NCBI GenBank assembly: GCA_023133315.1
Contig: JAGLWR010000001.1
Coordinates: forward strand, 1-30,374
DNA from: Methanomicrobia archaeon
GTDB taxonomy: Archaea > Methanobacteriota_B > Thermococci > Methanofastidiosales > B48-G16
Reading direction: 5' to 3'
Length of the DNA stretch: 30,374 bases
The position numbers and the translations under genes were made by a program. Positions 1 through 9,179 of this stretch are shown piece by piece. The notes beneath the pieces are model-generated. The model saw nothing but the letters and a program-made list of their open reading frames with translations. It was not told where the DNA came from and ran no database searches. Each line of letters begins with the position of its first letter. Positions within the stretch are counted from its first letter, which is position 1.

Positions 1-335
1 AAATACCCTGCAAAGCCAATGGCAACAGTAGTTATGGCCGCTATGTCAACAGCGTTTATTAACCAACTTATTACAAATGCTGTTTTTCTGCTTTTGAATC
101 CCTCTTTCATATAATAATATTCGGCAGCAGTTGTTGGTTTTATGGATATTAATTCAGCGTAACTTAATCCTGTGAAAGATGCTATAATTGCAGCAAATAA
201 AAATGATAACCAAAGAGATGGACCTGTTTTTCCAGCCGCTTCTCCAATTAAAGTGTATATGCCGGCACCAAAGATAATTCCTACTGCGTATATAAGTAAT
301 TTTTTGAAATGAACGGTTCTTTTTAATTCGGCCAT
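1..335 (-). CDS. APC-family amino acid permease, N-terminal part (runs off the window edge; absent from ORF track)
   Basis: Manual translation from ATG at 335: MAELKRTVHFKKLLIYAVGIIFGAGIYTLIGEAAGKTGPSLWLSFLFAAIIASFTGLSYAELIS..., with the APC TM1 motif (IFGAGIY) and TM2 SYAEL motif; open to base 1. Confidence 0.9.
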   Translation of the reverse strand, partial: MAELKRTVHFKKLLIYAVGIIFGAGIYTLIGEAAGKTGPSLWLSFLFAAIIASFTGLSYAELISIKPTTAAEYYYMKEGFKSRKTAFVISWLINAVDIAAITTVAIGFAGY

Positions 336-434
336 TTGGATCACTTTAATCTTTTAGTTACCCAGATGATAATATAAAGTAATACTTTAAAACTTAGTGA
401 TTTGCAATTTTATTTATAATTCAGTGTGTTAAAT

Positions 435-554
435 TTACTTTCTATACTTTCTCCGTACTTTTATTTCGAAATTATCGCTCTCCTGACGAATCTCGGCGCA
501 GAGCTGCAGCACTATATCTTTTGGAATGGCATTATTTTCTGACGATTTTTTCAT
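435..554 (-). pseudogene. Probable truncated gene fragment (39 aa, MKKSSENNAIPKDIVLQLCAEIRQES...)
   Basis: ATG at 554 overlaps the end of the ABC-ATPase remnant; TAA at 435-437. The N-terminal half reads like a protein start and the tail looks unrelated; family not confidently identified. Confidence 0.3.
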
Positions 555-671
555 TCTTTATCATCCCGTCTTCGAGATATAGAATCCTGTCTGCAATATT
601 TTCTATCCTGTTACATGCGTCACAACGATGACAGATGTCCTGTGCTCTTTTGCGAGTGTTCTGAGTATTTT
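532..671 (-). pseudogene. C-terminal remnant of a LolD/MacB-type ABC transporter ATPase, frameshifted
   Basis: ILRTLAKEHRTSVIVVTH, then CAT-GT-AAC (one base missing at 613-614, expected GAT=Asp), then NRIENIADRILYLEDGMIKNEKIVRK* in the shifted frame: the H-switch (VTHD) and terminal strands of ABC ATPases. Confidence 0.85.
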
Positions 672-881
672 ACAGTTTTTGCCCCACTTTTCTTCGACTT
701 TCCACCCATCAGTTAATACTGTCTGGCACCCTTCGCATCGAATTTCTTCAGGTTTACAATTATTGTCTTTGGCAATAATTCGCCGAAGCTCTTCCGAGTC
801 TTTGTACGCTCTATAAATTATACATGCACCACAGTAAAGCCCGCATCTGCCCACAAGATTTTCGTTTATCATGGTCACCAT
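603..881 (-). pseudogene. DUF3795-like Cys-rich protein, 3'-truncated and fused to the ABC-ATPase remnant
   Basis: CGLYCGAC...CEGC...NCKI Cys pattern; the expected further Cys motifs are replaced by ABC-ATPase sequence from about 669. Confidence 0.7.
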
Positions 882-1007
882 TCCTTGGGTATATATTCTA
901 TCGGTTACGAACAGGGAGGTTGGTTATTTTTTTATAATAGCACTATCATATTTAAAAGGCTGTCCATCTTTCACTATTGTTCATTACTCGCTTCTCCAAT
1001 ACATCCT

Positions 1008-2945
1008 TTAAATACTGAAAAAAACGTTGAGAGTTCTCTTTAAAATTCCCTCTTTATCCTCAAGTATTCTCAACCGTTCTGTCGTCCATTTTGATAGATT
1101 GTTTTTCACAAATGGCTGGGCAACTCTGTAATCCAGAAAAATAATACACGCTCTATCGTCTAACAAACGGTGGGCCCTTCCTGCGCCCTGATTCAGTTTT
1201 CTATGCGCAGGGAGATAGTACCCATAATATTTTCCTTTCCCTGGAAAAACGTCTGTATAGTACCCTACCTGGGCTTGAACCCGTGCTGTAGGTTTTGCAT
1301 ACGGTATTCCTACAAGTACAACGGCATTCATTTCATCCCCCGGATAATCTTCCCCTTCAGAATTTCTTCCCCCCATAACACCGAGCAGCACCGCGCCATC
1401 TTTTTTTGCAAGCGTCTTGAACCCTCTGATAAGAAGATCATTTTCACTCGAAGCGGAACCTTTATTTTCGACAAAAAGGGGCTTTTTTACAGCCTGTTGA
1501 AGTCCTGCGGATAAAATTCCTTCTAGTACGCTGTAGGAGACGGTAAAAATACCGACATTTTTTGGTACAACATCCACGATCTCAAGTATTTTTTGAACTA
1601 GCTTTCGGTACATCTCTACGTCTCTATAGGGACTTTTTGTGGTCACACCTTTTGAAATTAATGTCAATATATTCGATCTTTTGAAGGGGGAGTTGAAAAC
1701 TTTGGATTCATAGTTCTGTAAACCTATGATGTCACAAAATGCATTCAGAGGTGTGAGGGTACCTGACATGGATATAATCGAGTATGCGGATGAAAACACC
1801 TGCGTAGTAATATTTCTTGGATCTAAATCAAGGATATCCAATTTTAAGGAAGAAACTCCTCCTTTCGTGATGTATCGTTCTATGAGATAACAGTAATCCT
1901 TTCTATCTCTCACGTTTATCCAGTTGAAAACAAACACTCCACAGCTGTGGATGAAAGACCTGGGAGGTTTTCCTTGATTTAATTTATCTTTCTGTATCTC
2001 TTCTCCTCTTTTGATCATGTATTGTGAAAAATCTTCTATCGCTTTTTCTGTGGAGATGTGTACAAACTGTGATCTTTTTCCTGTAAATCGAGAAATAAGA
2101 TCTTGATACGTCAGTAAAGACTCGTCTTCTAACTGTATGTCCTCCGGTATTGAAAGTATTATTTCGTACAGAGCTTCCAGAAATGCAAGTATCTCATCTT
2201 CTTCGTAGTTAGTGGCTTCGTGTATTCCCGCTTTCAATGACGACAATGACAGCTGATCACTCCCAAGATCGGCGGCTAATTCTGGTAAATTATGAGCTTC
2301 GTCCAGAACCAAAATAATATCGTCTAAATGACATCCTATCGTCTCCAAAAAATTATCTCTAATACCTGGGTGAAATATATAGAGATACGAACAAGTTATA
2401 AGGTCTGCCTCTCTGAGTACTTCTTTTGTCACTTCATAGGGACACAGAGCATTCTCTCTACAGACTTCTTTAATTTCCATAGAATTTACGGCTCTTTTTG
2501 AAAACTTCAATGCGAACTCAAAGACTAACTCCTCGTTTTCCTTTACATTTTTATAAAATTTGCACCTGTTAAGTTTCTTCAGTAATCGACACACGTGAAG
2601 AGCTGATGCTGTATCTCCTGCAAAATCAGTTACGAGGGGATTCAGACACATCTCTTTTCTTCCTCGCAGAGAGACGCCAGAAACATTTTTTTCTTTTCCT
2701 ATCTCTCTTAATTCTTCAATAACTCTATCCATTTGTTTATGGGTCCTACAGCAGTATACAACCTTTTTTGCCATTTCTTCAGCTATTGGAAGAATAGAAG
2801 ATAAAACACCCGGGGTTTTTCCAAAGCCCGTAGCAGCTTCGATAACGGTATTTCTTCCAAGCTTCACATTTTTATAGATCATATCCATAAACTCTTCCTG
2901 ACCTTTTCTTAATGAAGGATAAGGAAAGTAATCACTGTACTCCAT
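1008..2945 (-). CDS. xpd: XPD/Rad3-family Fe-S DNA helicase
   Basis: Q motif (LRKGQ), Walker A EAATGFGKT, four Cys of the Fe-S domain (MCLNP, VCRLL, RCKFY, LCPY), DEAH, SGTL, QGAGRAHR. Confidence 0.93.
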   Translation of the reverse strand: MEYSDYFPYPSLRKGQEEFMDMIYKNVKLGRNTVIEAATGFGKTPGVLSSILPIAEEMAKKVVYCCRTHKQMDRVIEELREIGKEKNVSGVSLRGRKEMCLNPLVTDFAGDTASALHVCRLLKKLNRCKFYKNVKENEELVFEFALKFSKRAVNSMEIKEVCRENALCPYEVTKEVLREADLITCSYLYIFHPGIRDNFLETIGCHLDDIILVLDEAHNLPELAADLGSDQLSLSSLKAGIHEATNYEEDEILAFLEALYEIILSIPEDIQLEDESLLTYQDLISRFTGKRSQFVHISTEKAIEDFSQYMIKRGEEIQKDKLNQGKPPRSFIHSCGVFVFNWINVRDRKDYCYLIERYITKGGVSSLKLDILDLDPRNITTQVFSSAYSIISMSGTLTPLNAFCDIIGLQNYESKVFNSPFKRSNILTLISKGVTTKSPYRDVEMYRKLVQKILEIVDVVPKNVGIFTVSYSVLEGILSAGLQQAVKKPLFVENKGSASSENDLLIRGFKTLAKKDGAVLLGVMGGRNSEGEDYPGDEMNAVVLVGIPYAKPTARVQAQVGYYTDVFPGKGKYYGYYLPAHRKLNQGAGRAHRLLDDRACIIFLDYRVAQPFVKNNLSKWTTERLRILEDKEGILKRTLNVFFSI

Positions 2946-2996
2946 AAAAGAGAATAATCACATACATTAATAAACTCTCTCACCATATACTAACCT

Positions 2997-3947
2997 ATGA
3001 AAAAACTCCTACTGATCTTCATGATACTGGCATTAAGTACAGTCAGGGCAGATACGTACGATGCCATCGTGGTGAGAAATAGCAGCGATGTAATAATAGA
3101 CTATATCATAGCCGAAGCATACTCTCACAAAGCAGATATTCCTGTGATTCTTACCGATCCAGAGTCGCTTAGCGTTAGCGCAAGAAGAGCCCTTTTGGGT
3201 CTGCGATCCCAAGACGCCGAAAGAGTTCTGATCATAGGGGGATCTCAGGCCATCTCTACCCATGTAGAAGATGAGATAAGGAACATAGGTTTTGATGTTG
3301 ACAGAAAATGGGGTACGGATAGAAACGAGACTGCAGCGATCGTAGCGATCGATCTCTGGGGGGAATGTGAGAACGTAGTATTGGTCAATGGAAACATCCC
3401 TGAAAGCTTTTTAGTTGCATTGAGAACATCTTATGTATTAAAAGCTCCAATATTACTTGTAGATGAAAATAAAGTTCCCAATCCTACGTTAAAGGCGATA
3501 GAAACCTTGAATCCTGAAAGTATATATGTTATAGGCCCAAATATTCCGGACATATCAGGTCTTAAGGGTGAGAAAAAACTTGTAGGCACCAATATCGAGG
3601 TAAGCGATATAGAAGAGAAAAGAAAGATAACCTTCGATTATGTATCTCTCCTTCTCGGAATTCTTGTCGGTGGAACATCCGTATTTTTTGTGTACAGAAC
3701 TTATAAAAGGAAGATAAGCGTGGAAGTGCCGATGTTTGTCCTCACCGAAGACGAAAGAAAGATTGTCGACGCTGTAAAATCAACAGGAGGAGAAATGAAA
3801 CAGGAAGATCTTCCGGAGGAAACAGGGTTTTCAAGGCCCAAAGTCACAAAAATTATTCAGGATCTGGAGAATAAAAAGATAATTTCAAGATTAAAATATG
3901 GAAAAACTTATAAAGTAAAGATTGAGAAGAAGTTTATCAAAACCTAA
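2997..3947 (+). CDS. Secreted cell-wall-binding repeat 2 (CWB2) protein with C-terminal TM helix and winged-HTH domain
   Basis: Signal peptide; CWB2-like motifs ([36 protein letters not shown]); TM at aa ~215-233; w[12 protein letters not shown]...[23 protein letters not shown]. Confidence 0.8.
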   Translation: MKKLLLIFMILALSTVRADTYDAIVVRNSSDVIIDYIIAEAYSHKADIPVILTDPESLSVSARRALLGLRSQDAERVLIIGGSQAISTHVEDEIRNIGFDVDRKWGTDRNETAAIVAIDLWGECENVVLVNGNIPESFLVALRTSYVLKAPILLVDENKVPNPTLKAIETLNPESIYVIGPNIPDISGLKGEKKLVGTNIEVSDIEEKRKITFDYVSLLLGILVGGTSVFFVYRTYKRKISVEVPMFVLTEDERKIVDAVKSTGGEMKQEDLPEETGFSRPKVTKIIQDLENKKIISRLKYGKTYKVKIEKKFIKT

Positions 3948-3957
3948 AGGTGATTAT

Positions 3958-4110
3958 ATGAGATGTATATCATGTAACAGAGAAATCGCTCCGGATGAAA
4001 AGGGTGTTAAGTTTCCATGTCCTAACTGTGATAGGATTATCGTTAGATGTGAAAAATGCAGAGTTCTGGCGAATCCCTATAAGTGTGAATGTGGATTTGA
4101 GGGGCCGTGA
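3958..4110 (+). CDS. Small Zn-ribbon protein (DUF1610/HVO_2753-like)
   Basis: MRCISC...CPNC...CEKC...CECGFEGP; GGTGA SD before ATG 3958; conserved position upstream of EF-1beta. Confidence 0.9.
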   Translation: MRCISCNREIAPDEKGVKFPCPNCDRIIVRCEKCRVLANPYKCECGFEGP

Positions 4111-4114
4111 TAAA

Positions 4115-4387
4115 ATGGGTTATAATGTTGTTGCAATAGCCAAGGTCATGCCAGTTTCTCCTGAGATAGACAGAGAAAAACTGAAAAAAGATATAGAGAG
4201 TAAGATACCTCAAAATATGAAGCTTCATAAAATAGAAGAAGAACCCATAGCTTTTGGGATCGTAGCTCTCAACGCTTTTGTTCTTCTCAGTGACGCAGAA
4301 GGAGGAGTAGATGATATAGAAGAAAGAATTAAAGAGATAGAGGACGTAAGCGAAGTGGATATTATCGATGTAAGAAGATTACTTTAA
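4115..4387 (+). CDS. ef1b: Translation elongation factor aEF-1beta
   Basis: [10 protein letters not shown]...[11 protein letters not shown]...VDIIDVRRL; start reassigned to ATG 4115 (the track start at 3995 overlaps the Zn-ribbon gene). Confidence 0.95.
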   Translation: MGYNVVAIAKVMPVSPEIDREKLKKDIESKIPQNMKLHKIEEEPIAFGIVALNAFVLLSDAEGGVDDIEERIKEIEDVSEVDIIDVRRLL

Positions 4388-5092
4388 CTTCTCTATATAT
4401 TCTTTTACCTTTTTTCCTGTAAGCTTCTCAAACTTTTTTGTTTTTTTACCGAGTAAAGCCATCTCTATGTTGCTTTTGTCAATTTCTCCTTCTATCGATG
4501 CTTTCAAGGTATTCAATGCGAGCATTATCGCTTCTTCCATCGTCATATTATTTTTGTACTCATCTTCAAAGACCTTCATTGCTGTGTCTCTTCCTTCTCC
4601 TATAGCCGTAGCTTTCCACGCCAGGTACGCTCCAGAGGGTTCCGTAACAAAGAGTTCTGGGAGATCATTGACACCTGCTATTATCAACGAAACGCCAAAA
4701 GGACGCAATCCTCCGTACTGTGTGAACTGCTGTTTGAGATCTCCTATCTTCTTTGCCAGAGTAGATGTTGCTATCGGCTCACTGTATGTCAATCTATTTA
4801 TTTGCGCCTCTAATCGTGCCCTATCTATCAGTACCCGCGCATCGCTGATGATACCTGAGGTTGCCGCACCTATGTGTTCGTCTACCTTGAATATCTTTTC
4901 AAAAGACTCAGGCTCTACCATGGGTGAGGGTATTCTCTTATCAACAGCCAGAACTATCCCTTCATCACACCGCACACCAAGAGCTGTAGCACCCTTCTTT
5001 ACGGCTTCACTTGCATAGGAAACTTGATATAGGCTTCCGTCTGGGCTGAACACCGTGATCGCTCTATCATATCCCATTCCTTTAGGCATCAT
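4379..5092 (-). CDS. psmA: 20S proteasome alpha subunit
   Basis: [13 protein letters not shown] gate motif, [21 protein letters not shown]; ATGA overlap with the psmB stop. Confidence 0.96.
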   Translation of the reverse strand: MMPKGMGYDRAITVFSPDGSLYQVSYASEAVKKGATALGVRCDEGIVLAVDKRIPSPMVEPESFEKIFKVDEHIGAATSGIISDARVLIDRARLEAQINRLTYSEPIATSTLAKKIGDLKQQFTQYGGLRPFGVSLIIAGVNDLPELFVTEPSGAYLAWKATAIGEGRDTAMKVFEDEYKNNMTMEEAIMLALNTLKASIEGEIDKSNIEMALLGKKTKKFEKLTGKKVKEYIEKLK

Positions 5093-5721
5093 TTATTTTT
5101 CACCTTTACCACTACATTCTCTATTTCTTTTTTTGAAAGTTCTTTATATCCCGAACTATTAATTATTGTAACAGCTATCCCATCTCCTGTAGCAAGATCT
5201 CTCTGAATAGCTACATTTATTGCCCTGATGCTGAGTTCTATCCCTTCTTCGATCGTCATGTTCTCTCTGAACCTGTCTTCTAAAAGTCCGTACGCTATAG
5301 TTGATCCCGAACCTGTAGAGATCATCGTATCTTTGTTGACCCCGCCTATAGGGTCTATAGAGTAAGCTTCGGCTCCATTTGAATCGTATCCTCCAAGAAC
5401 TAACCATGCTATCAGGGGATAATATCTTTGACCTTGAAGAATATTAGACGTTAACTGAGCTAACGCTTTTGTAGAGATCTTCTTCCGATCTTTCATCTCA
5501 TATAAGTTAGCTTCAGCCCTTAAAAGGCCTATGAGACTCTGGATATCTCCAACCACTCCTGCACAGGCGACTCCAACACTTTCCGTTATTTTAAAAAGCT
5601 TTTGAGCATTTTTATGTGCTATTAAATATCCTGCCGATGCTCTTTTATCCGTAGCTAAAACTACACCTTTATCGCATACGATTGCTACGGTAGTCGTTCC
5701 TTTTTTGAAATTATCTTCCAT
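5089..5721 (-). CDS. psmB: 20S proteasome beta subunit (catalytically intact)
   Basis: 8-aa propeptide MEDNFKKG, then Thr1 (TTT), Asp17, Lys33, TGSGS and RD..TGDG. Confidence 0.96.
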   Translation of the reverse strand: MEDNFKKGTTTVAIVCDKGVVLATDKRASAGYLIAHKNAQKLFKITESVGVACAGVVGDIQSLIGLLRAEANLYEMKDRKKISTKALAQLTSNILQGQRYYPLIAWLVLGGYDSNGAEAYSIDPIGGVNKDTMISTGSGSTIAYGLLEDRFRENMTIEEGIELSIRAINVAIQRDLATGDGIAVTIINSSGYKELSKKEIENVVVKVKNK

Positions 5722-5756
5722 TTTTTCACCTGTAAAAAAAGAAAAATTAAATTTTA
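5722..5756 (-). terminator. U-rich archaeal terminator-like tract between thermosome and psmB, followed by the psmB SD (AGGTGA)
   Basis: Minus strand reads TAAAATTTAATTTTTCTTTTTTTACAGGTGAAAAA directly after the thermosome stop. Confidence 0.5.
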
Positions 5757-7397
5757 TTAATATTCTTCCGGACCCATTCCTCCGGGAGGCATTCCTCCTG
5801 GGGGTCCTCCACTTTTGCCGAGTTCACTTGCAGCTATGACGTCATCTATTCTCAGTATCATTATAGCAGCTTCAGATGATGATTTCACGGCCTGTGATTT
5901 GATCCTTAATGGCTCTACTACACCACTCTTCATCATATCTTTGGCTTTGCTATCGAAAACATCGAACCCTATATTTTTGCCGTCTTTTTCGTGCTTTGAT
6001 CTCAGTTCCACCAATGCATCTATAGGATCAATACCCGCATTCTCTGCAAGCGTTCGTGGAATTACCTCCATAGCATCGGCAAAAGCTTTTATAGCCAGCT
6101 GCTCTCTGCCGCCCATCTTGTCAGCACATTCTTGAAGTCTTTTCGAAAGTTCTATCTCTGCAGCACCGCCACCTGCAACTACCGTTCCATCCTTTATTAT
6201 CGTAGCTACTACACCTATAGCATCTTCCAATGCCCTTTCTACAGAGTCCACGAAATGCTCCGTACCTCCTCTCAAGAGAAGTGACACGGCCTTTGGATTC
6301 TTACATTTTTCAATAAACGTCATCTTATCTTTGCCTACCTTTTTCTCCTCTACGAGACCTGCATATCCGAGATCTTCTGAAGAGAGATCTTCTATCTTTG
6401 TAACTATCTTTGCGCCTGTAGCTTTTGAAAGTCTTTCCATATCTGACTTTTTAGCCCTTCTTATTGCGAAGATTCCTTTCTTTGCCAGATAGTGCTGTGC
6501 CAGATCATCGATTCCTTTCTGACAGAAGAGAACATTAGCACCGCTTTTAGCTATGTTCTCGACCATATCTCTAATAGTCTTTTCTTCCTGTTCTATAAAA
6601 GCCTGCATCTGGTCTGGAGATGTAATCCTAATTTCAGCATCTGTTTCAGTTTTGTGCACTTCCATAGCAGAGTCTAACAAAGCTATCTTGGCCTCCTTTA
6701 TCTTTCTCGGCATCCCAGGATGAACTTTTTCTTTGTCAATGATAATGCCCTGTATAAGCGTAGAATCCTCTACACTTCCTCCTTCTTTCTTCTCAACCTT
6801 GATATCCTCTGTATCAACAAAGTATTTTCCATTTTCGTTTACAGCTACCTGTCTTACCGCCTTAACAGCTAAAGCTGTTAGTGTATCCTTCGCTTTTTCA
6901 GCACCTTTACCTGTCATTGCAGTCTCGGCAGCCTGAAGTAAAACCTTCTCATCGGTAGGATCCACCTTAGTTGCCATATTATTCAAAATATTCTCTGCTT
7001 CTTCCGCTGCAACTTTGTACCCAGAAGCTATTATCGTTGGATGTACGTTCTGATCCAAGAGAACTTCTGCATTTTTTAAAAGCTCTCCGGTAAGGACAAC
7101 CGCTGTAGTTGTACCGTCTCCTACTTCATCGTCCTGTGTTTTTGCGACTTCGACTATCATTTTGGCTGCTGGATGGGCAATATCCATTTCATCGAGGATC
7201 GTTGCACCATCATTTGTAATGACAACGTCTCCCAAGGAATCTACTAACATTTTGTCCATTCCCCTGGGACCTAACGTCGTTTTGATAGTCTCAGCGACTA
7301 TTCTACCCGCTAAAATATTCATTCTTTGAGCATCTCTTCCCAGAAATCTCTGGGTACTATCATCCGTTACCTGCATAGGTTGTCTCATTTTTGCCAT
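5757..7397 (-). CDS. ths: Thermosome (group II chaperonin) subunit
   Basis: [43 protein letters not shown]-rich tail; start reassigned to ATG 7397 behind a GAGGTGA SD. Confidence 0.97.
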   Translation of the reverse strand: MAKMRQPMQVTDDSTQRFLGRDAQRMNILAGRIVAETIKTTLGPRGMDKMLVDSLGDVVITNDGATILDEMDIAHPAAKMIVEVAKTQDDEVGDGTTTAVVLTGELLKNAEVLLDQNVHPTIIASGYKVAAEEAENILNNMATKVDPTDEKVLLQAAETAMTGKGAEKAKDTLTALAVKAVRQVAVNENGKYFVDTEDIKVEKKEGGSVEDSTLIQGIIIDKEKVHPGMPRKIKEAKIALLDSAMEVHKTETDAEIRITSPDQMQAFIEQEEKTIRDMVENIAKSGANVLFCQKGIDDLAQHYLAKKGIFAIRRAKKSDMERLSKATGAKIVTKIEDLSSEDLGYAGLVEEKKVGKDKMTFIEKCKNPKAVSLLLRGGTEHFVDSVERALEDAIGVVATIIKDGTVVAGGGAAEIELSKRLQECADKMGGREQLAIKAFADAMEVIPRTLAENAGIDPIDALVELRSKHEKDGKNIGFDVFDSKAKDMMKSGVVEPLRIKSQAVKSSSEAAIMILRIDDVIAASELGKSGGPPGGMPPGGMGPEEY

Positions 7398-7443
7398 ATT
7401 ATTCACCTCATAAAATCTTGTAATAAAAAGTGGATTAGTAGTG

Positions 7444-7460
7444 ATATAAAAAGCTTTCGG
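7444..7460 (-). promoter_or_regulatory. BRE-TATA promoter of the thermosome gene
   Basis: Minus strand CCGAAAGCTTTTTATAT, about 45 nt upstream of ATG 7397. Confidence 0.7.
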
Positions 7461-7540
7461 TTGGTGGTTCTCATACGAACACGATGGATGGGGTGTTTTG
7501 CATATATTATTTGTTTGTTGATTCAGTCGATGGATAATCA

Positions 7541-8227
7541 TTATCTTCGGGGTCTGAAGTTGGAAATAATTTTATCAATGATTTGATAAAAATTTAGCCA
7601 TTCATCATCATATCTAAATAAGTGAGGGAGTAGAGAAAAATAATCCTTATTTTGTTGCTCTAAAAATTCAAATATTTCCTTCATTGCCCCAAAAACTTTA
7701 ACTACATCATTACTGTTGACTTTTGTTGGAATTATATTTAGTTTTAGTTTCTTTGTACATTTTCCTCTTTTATCTACATGATCAACATATTTCTTGTTTC
7801 CCCTCTTCCCTCTCTTATCTCCATAGCTCTTCAATAACTTTTGATAAATCTTTGTTTCATCATAATTACCTCTCTCAAATTTTCCTATATAGCTTGTTCT
7901 CCAGAGATGATTGTGAACAATCAAATCTCTAAGAACATAAACTTCATATAATTTTTCTAATAACTTTGGATTTTTAAATTCTTTATCAAAAAATTTTAGG
8001 TTATCTCTTCTATCTTTTTCGAAATACCTAACTCTGTTCAGTAAAGATTCTATTAATAGGATCGATAGGATAATAATAGAAGTTGAATATCCATTTTCTC
8101 TTTGGGATGCTCGTACCTTACTATACCCACTAAACTTAAAGCTGTTTAACCTTTTGTATAAATCTAATATTGGCTCTATAAAACTTACTCCAATGCAACT
8201 AATCTCAATGTCTCTTTCCTCACTCAT
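7541..8227 (-). CDS. Hypothetical protein with HEPN-like RxxxxH motif (putative RNase)
   Basis: Hydrophobic helix [15 protein letters not shown] followed by [12 protein letters not shown] (R100-x4-H105); very AT-rich gene. Confidence 0.6.
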   Translation of the reverse strand: MSEERDIEISCIGVSFIEPILDLYKRLNSFKFSGYSKVRASQRENGYSTSIIILSILLIESLLNRVRYFEKDRRDNLKFFDKEFKNPKLLEKLYEVYVLRDLIVHNHLWRTSYIGKFERGNYDETKIYQKLLKSYGDKRGKRGNKKYVDHVDKRGKCTKKLKLNIIPTKVNSNDVVKVFGAMKEIFEFLEQQNKDYFSLLPHLFRYDDEWLNFYQIIDKIISNFRPRR

Positions 8228-8366
8228 AGTTTTCTATCTATCTTTTTTTCTTATTAAACTTTATTCTTTTTTCACAGATTTTATGCTAGTAACAAAATTA
8301 TAGGGAAGTTGGAGGATACTCTCTTCACACATCCTTCTCAATTTTCCTCTTGAATTGGGAAAAATT

Positions 8367-8585
8367 TTACTCTCGAAACAGCCTTTTTCCGCCTAATTTC
8401 TTCACTACTGATATTACCACTGCGAAAATAGCCAACGATATGACCACACGAATTATAGTACCGATGGGATCTACCCTAATGTCAGGGACAATCCAAAGAT
8501 AAAAACCCAAAATAAAAATCACAAATATGATCACAATGGTTATCCAGCCTAAAGGCGTGGGTTTCTTCCGTTCTGTCTCTCTCAT
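8367..8585 (-). CDS. Small 2-TM membrane protein (72 aa)
   Basis: Two hydrophobic segments with basic termini; GAGGTAGGTGA SD and TTTTTATA box upstream. Confidence 0.75.
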   Translation of the reverse strand: MRETERKKPTPLGWITIVIIFVIFILGFYLWIVPDIRVDPIGTIIRVVISLAIFAVVISVVKKLGGKRLFRE

Positions 8586-8659
8586 TTGGGTTCACCTACC
8601 TCTTGTATGCAAATCTAATATAAAAAGTTTATGGACTAACTCAAAAAGCTTAAAAGAGA

Positions 8660-8809
8660 TCATTTATTCTTTATATCTTCTCCTTTTATTTGTTTATGCA
8701 GAAATTTTTTCTCTAAGCCTCGATTTGCATAGGTGATCTCAAAAAGTGTTAGGACTCGATGATGCATAAGAACCCGGTTGACGTTTCTTATACGTCTTCT
8801 CTCACTCAC
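8660..8809 (-). CDS. Putative 49-aa basic micro-ORF directly after AbrB
   Basis: GTG begins on the base after the AbrB TAA; MSERRRIRNVNRVLMHHRVLTLFEITYANRGLEKKFLHKQIKGEDIKNK*. No family recognised. Confidence 0.3.
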   Translation of the reverse strand: MSERRRIRNVNRVLMHHRVLTLFEITYANRGLEKKFLHKQIKGEDIKNK

Positions 8810-8995
8810 TTATTTCTTCTGTCTTTTCACCTTCCTCATTATCACTATTGGTTCTCCATCCTCTGTTGCTATTCTCCAGTTGAGAATATCACCGTGTTTT
8901 AATTCCAACTGATTCACGACTCCCATCGGTATAACTGTTTTTAGCGATCTTGCACCCTTCTTTACATAACTGAGTTTTGATGTTTCTTTGCTCAT
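8810..8995 (-). CDS. AbrB/MazE/SpoVT-family DNA-binding protein
   Basis: SLKTVIPMGVVNQLELKHGDILNW swapped-hairpin signature; TTTAAATA box about 25 nt upstream (leaderless). Confidence 0.85.
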   Translation of the reverse strand: MSKETSKLSYVKKGARSLKTVIPMGVVNQLELKHGDILNWRIATEDGEPIVIMRKVKRQKK

Positions 8996-9089
8996 AAATG
9001 TTATGTCTGCACTTCAAGTATTTAAAGTTTTTGGTATAATTTAAGACCGAAGACTTTATAAAAATAGACCCCTATATGCTAGAGAATTC

Positions 9090-9179
9090 TCATACAAAAG
9101 GGAATCCTGTCATGAAAGCAAATAGCCAAATAAATACTATGACTTTTGTAATAGTATGTATAGTTATTTCTTTATTCAC
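9090..9179 (-). CDS. Putative 29-aa hydrophobic micro-protein (34 aa if started at ATG 9194)
   Basis: GGAGGTGA (9192-9185) lies 5 nt before GTG; MNKEITIHTITKVIVFIWLFAFMTGFPFV*. Confidence 0.3.
   Translation of the reverse strand: MNKEITIHTITKVIVFIWLFAFMTGFPFV

Noticed and set aside
603-605. TAG ending the DUF3795-like ORF as possible pyrrolysine read-through
   Set aside because: The continuation lies in a different frame (1-bp deletion); in-frame read-through gives no meaningful sequence and hits TGA shortly after.
3995-4114. Extended EF-1beta start (and likewise ftsY at 21131 and the CxxC protein at 10144)
   Set aside because: These extensions overlap genuine neighbouring genes or promoters; downstream ATGs fit family length and SD position.
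7398-7541. 48-aa N-terminal extension of the thermosome in the ORF track
   Set aside because: It spans the promoter; the SD and family alignment support ATG 7397.
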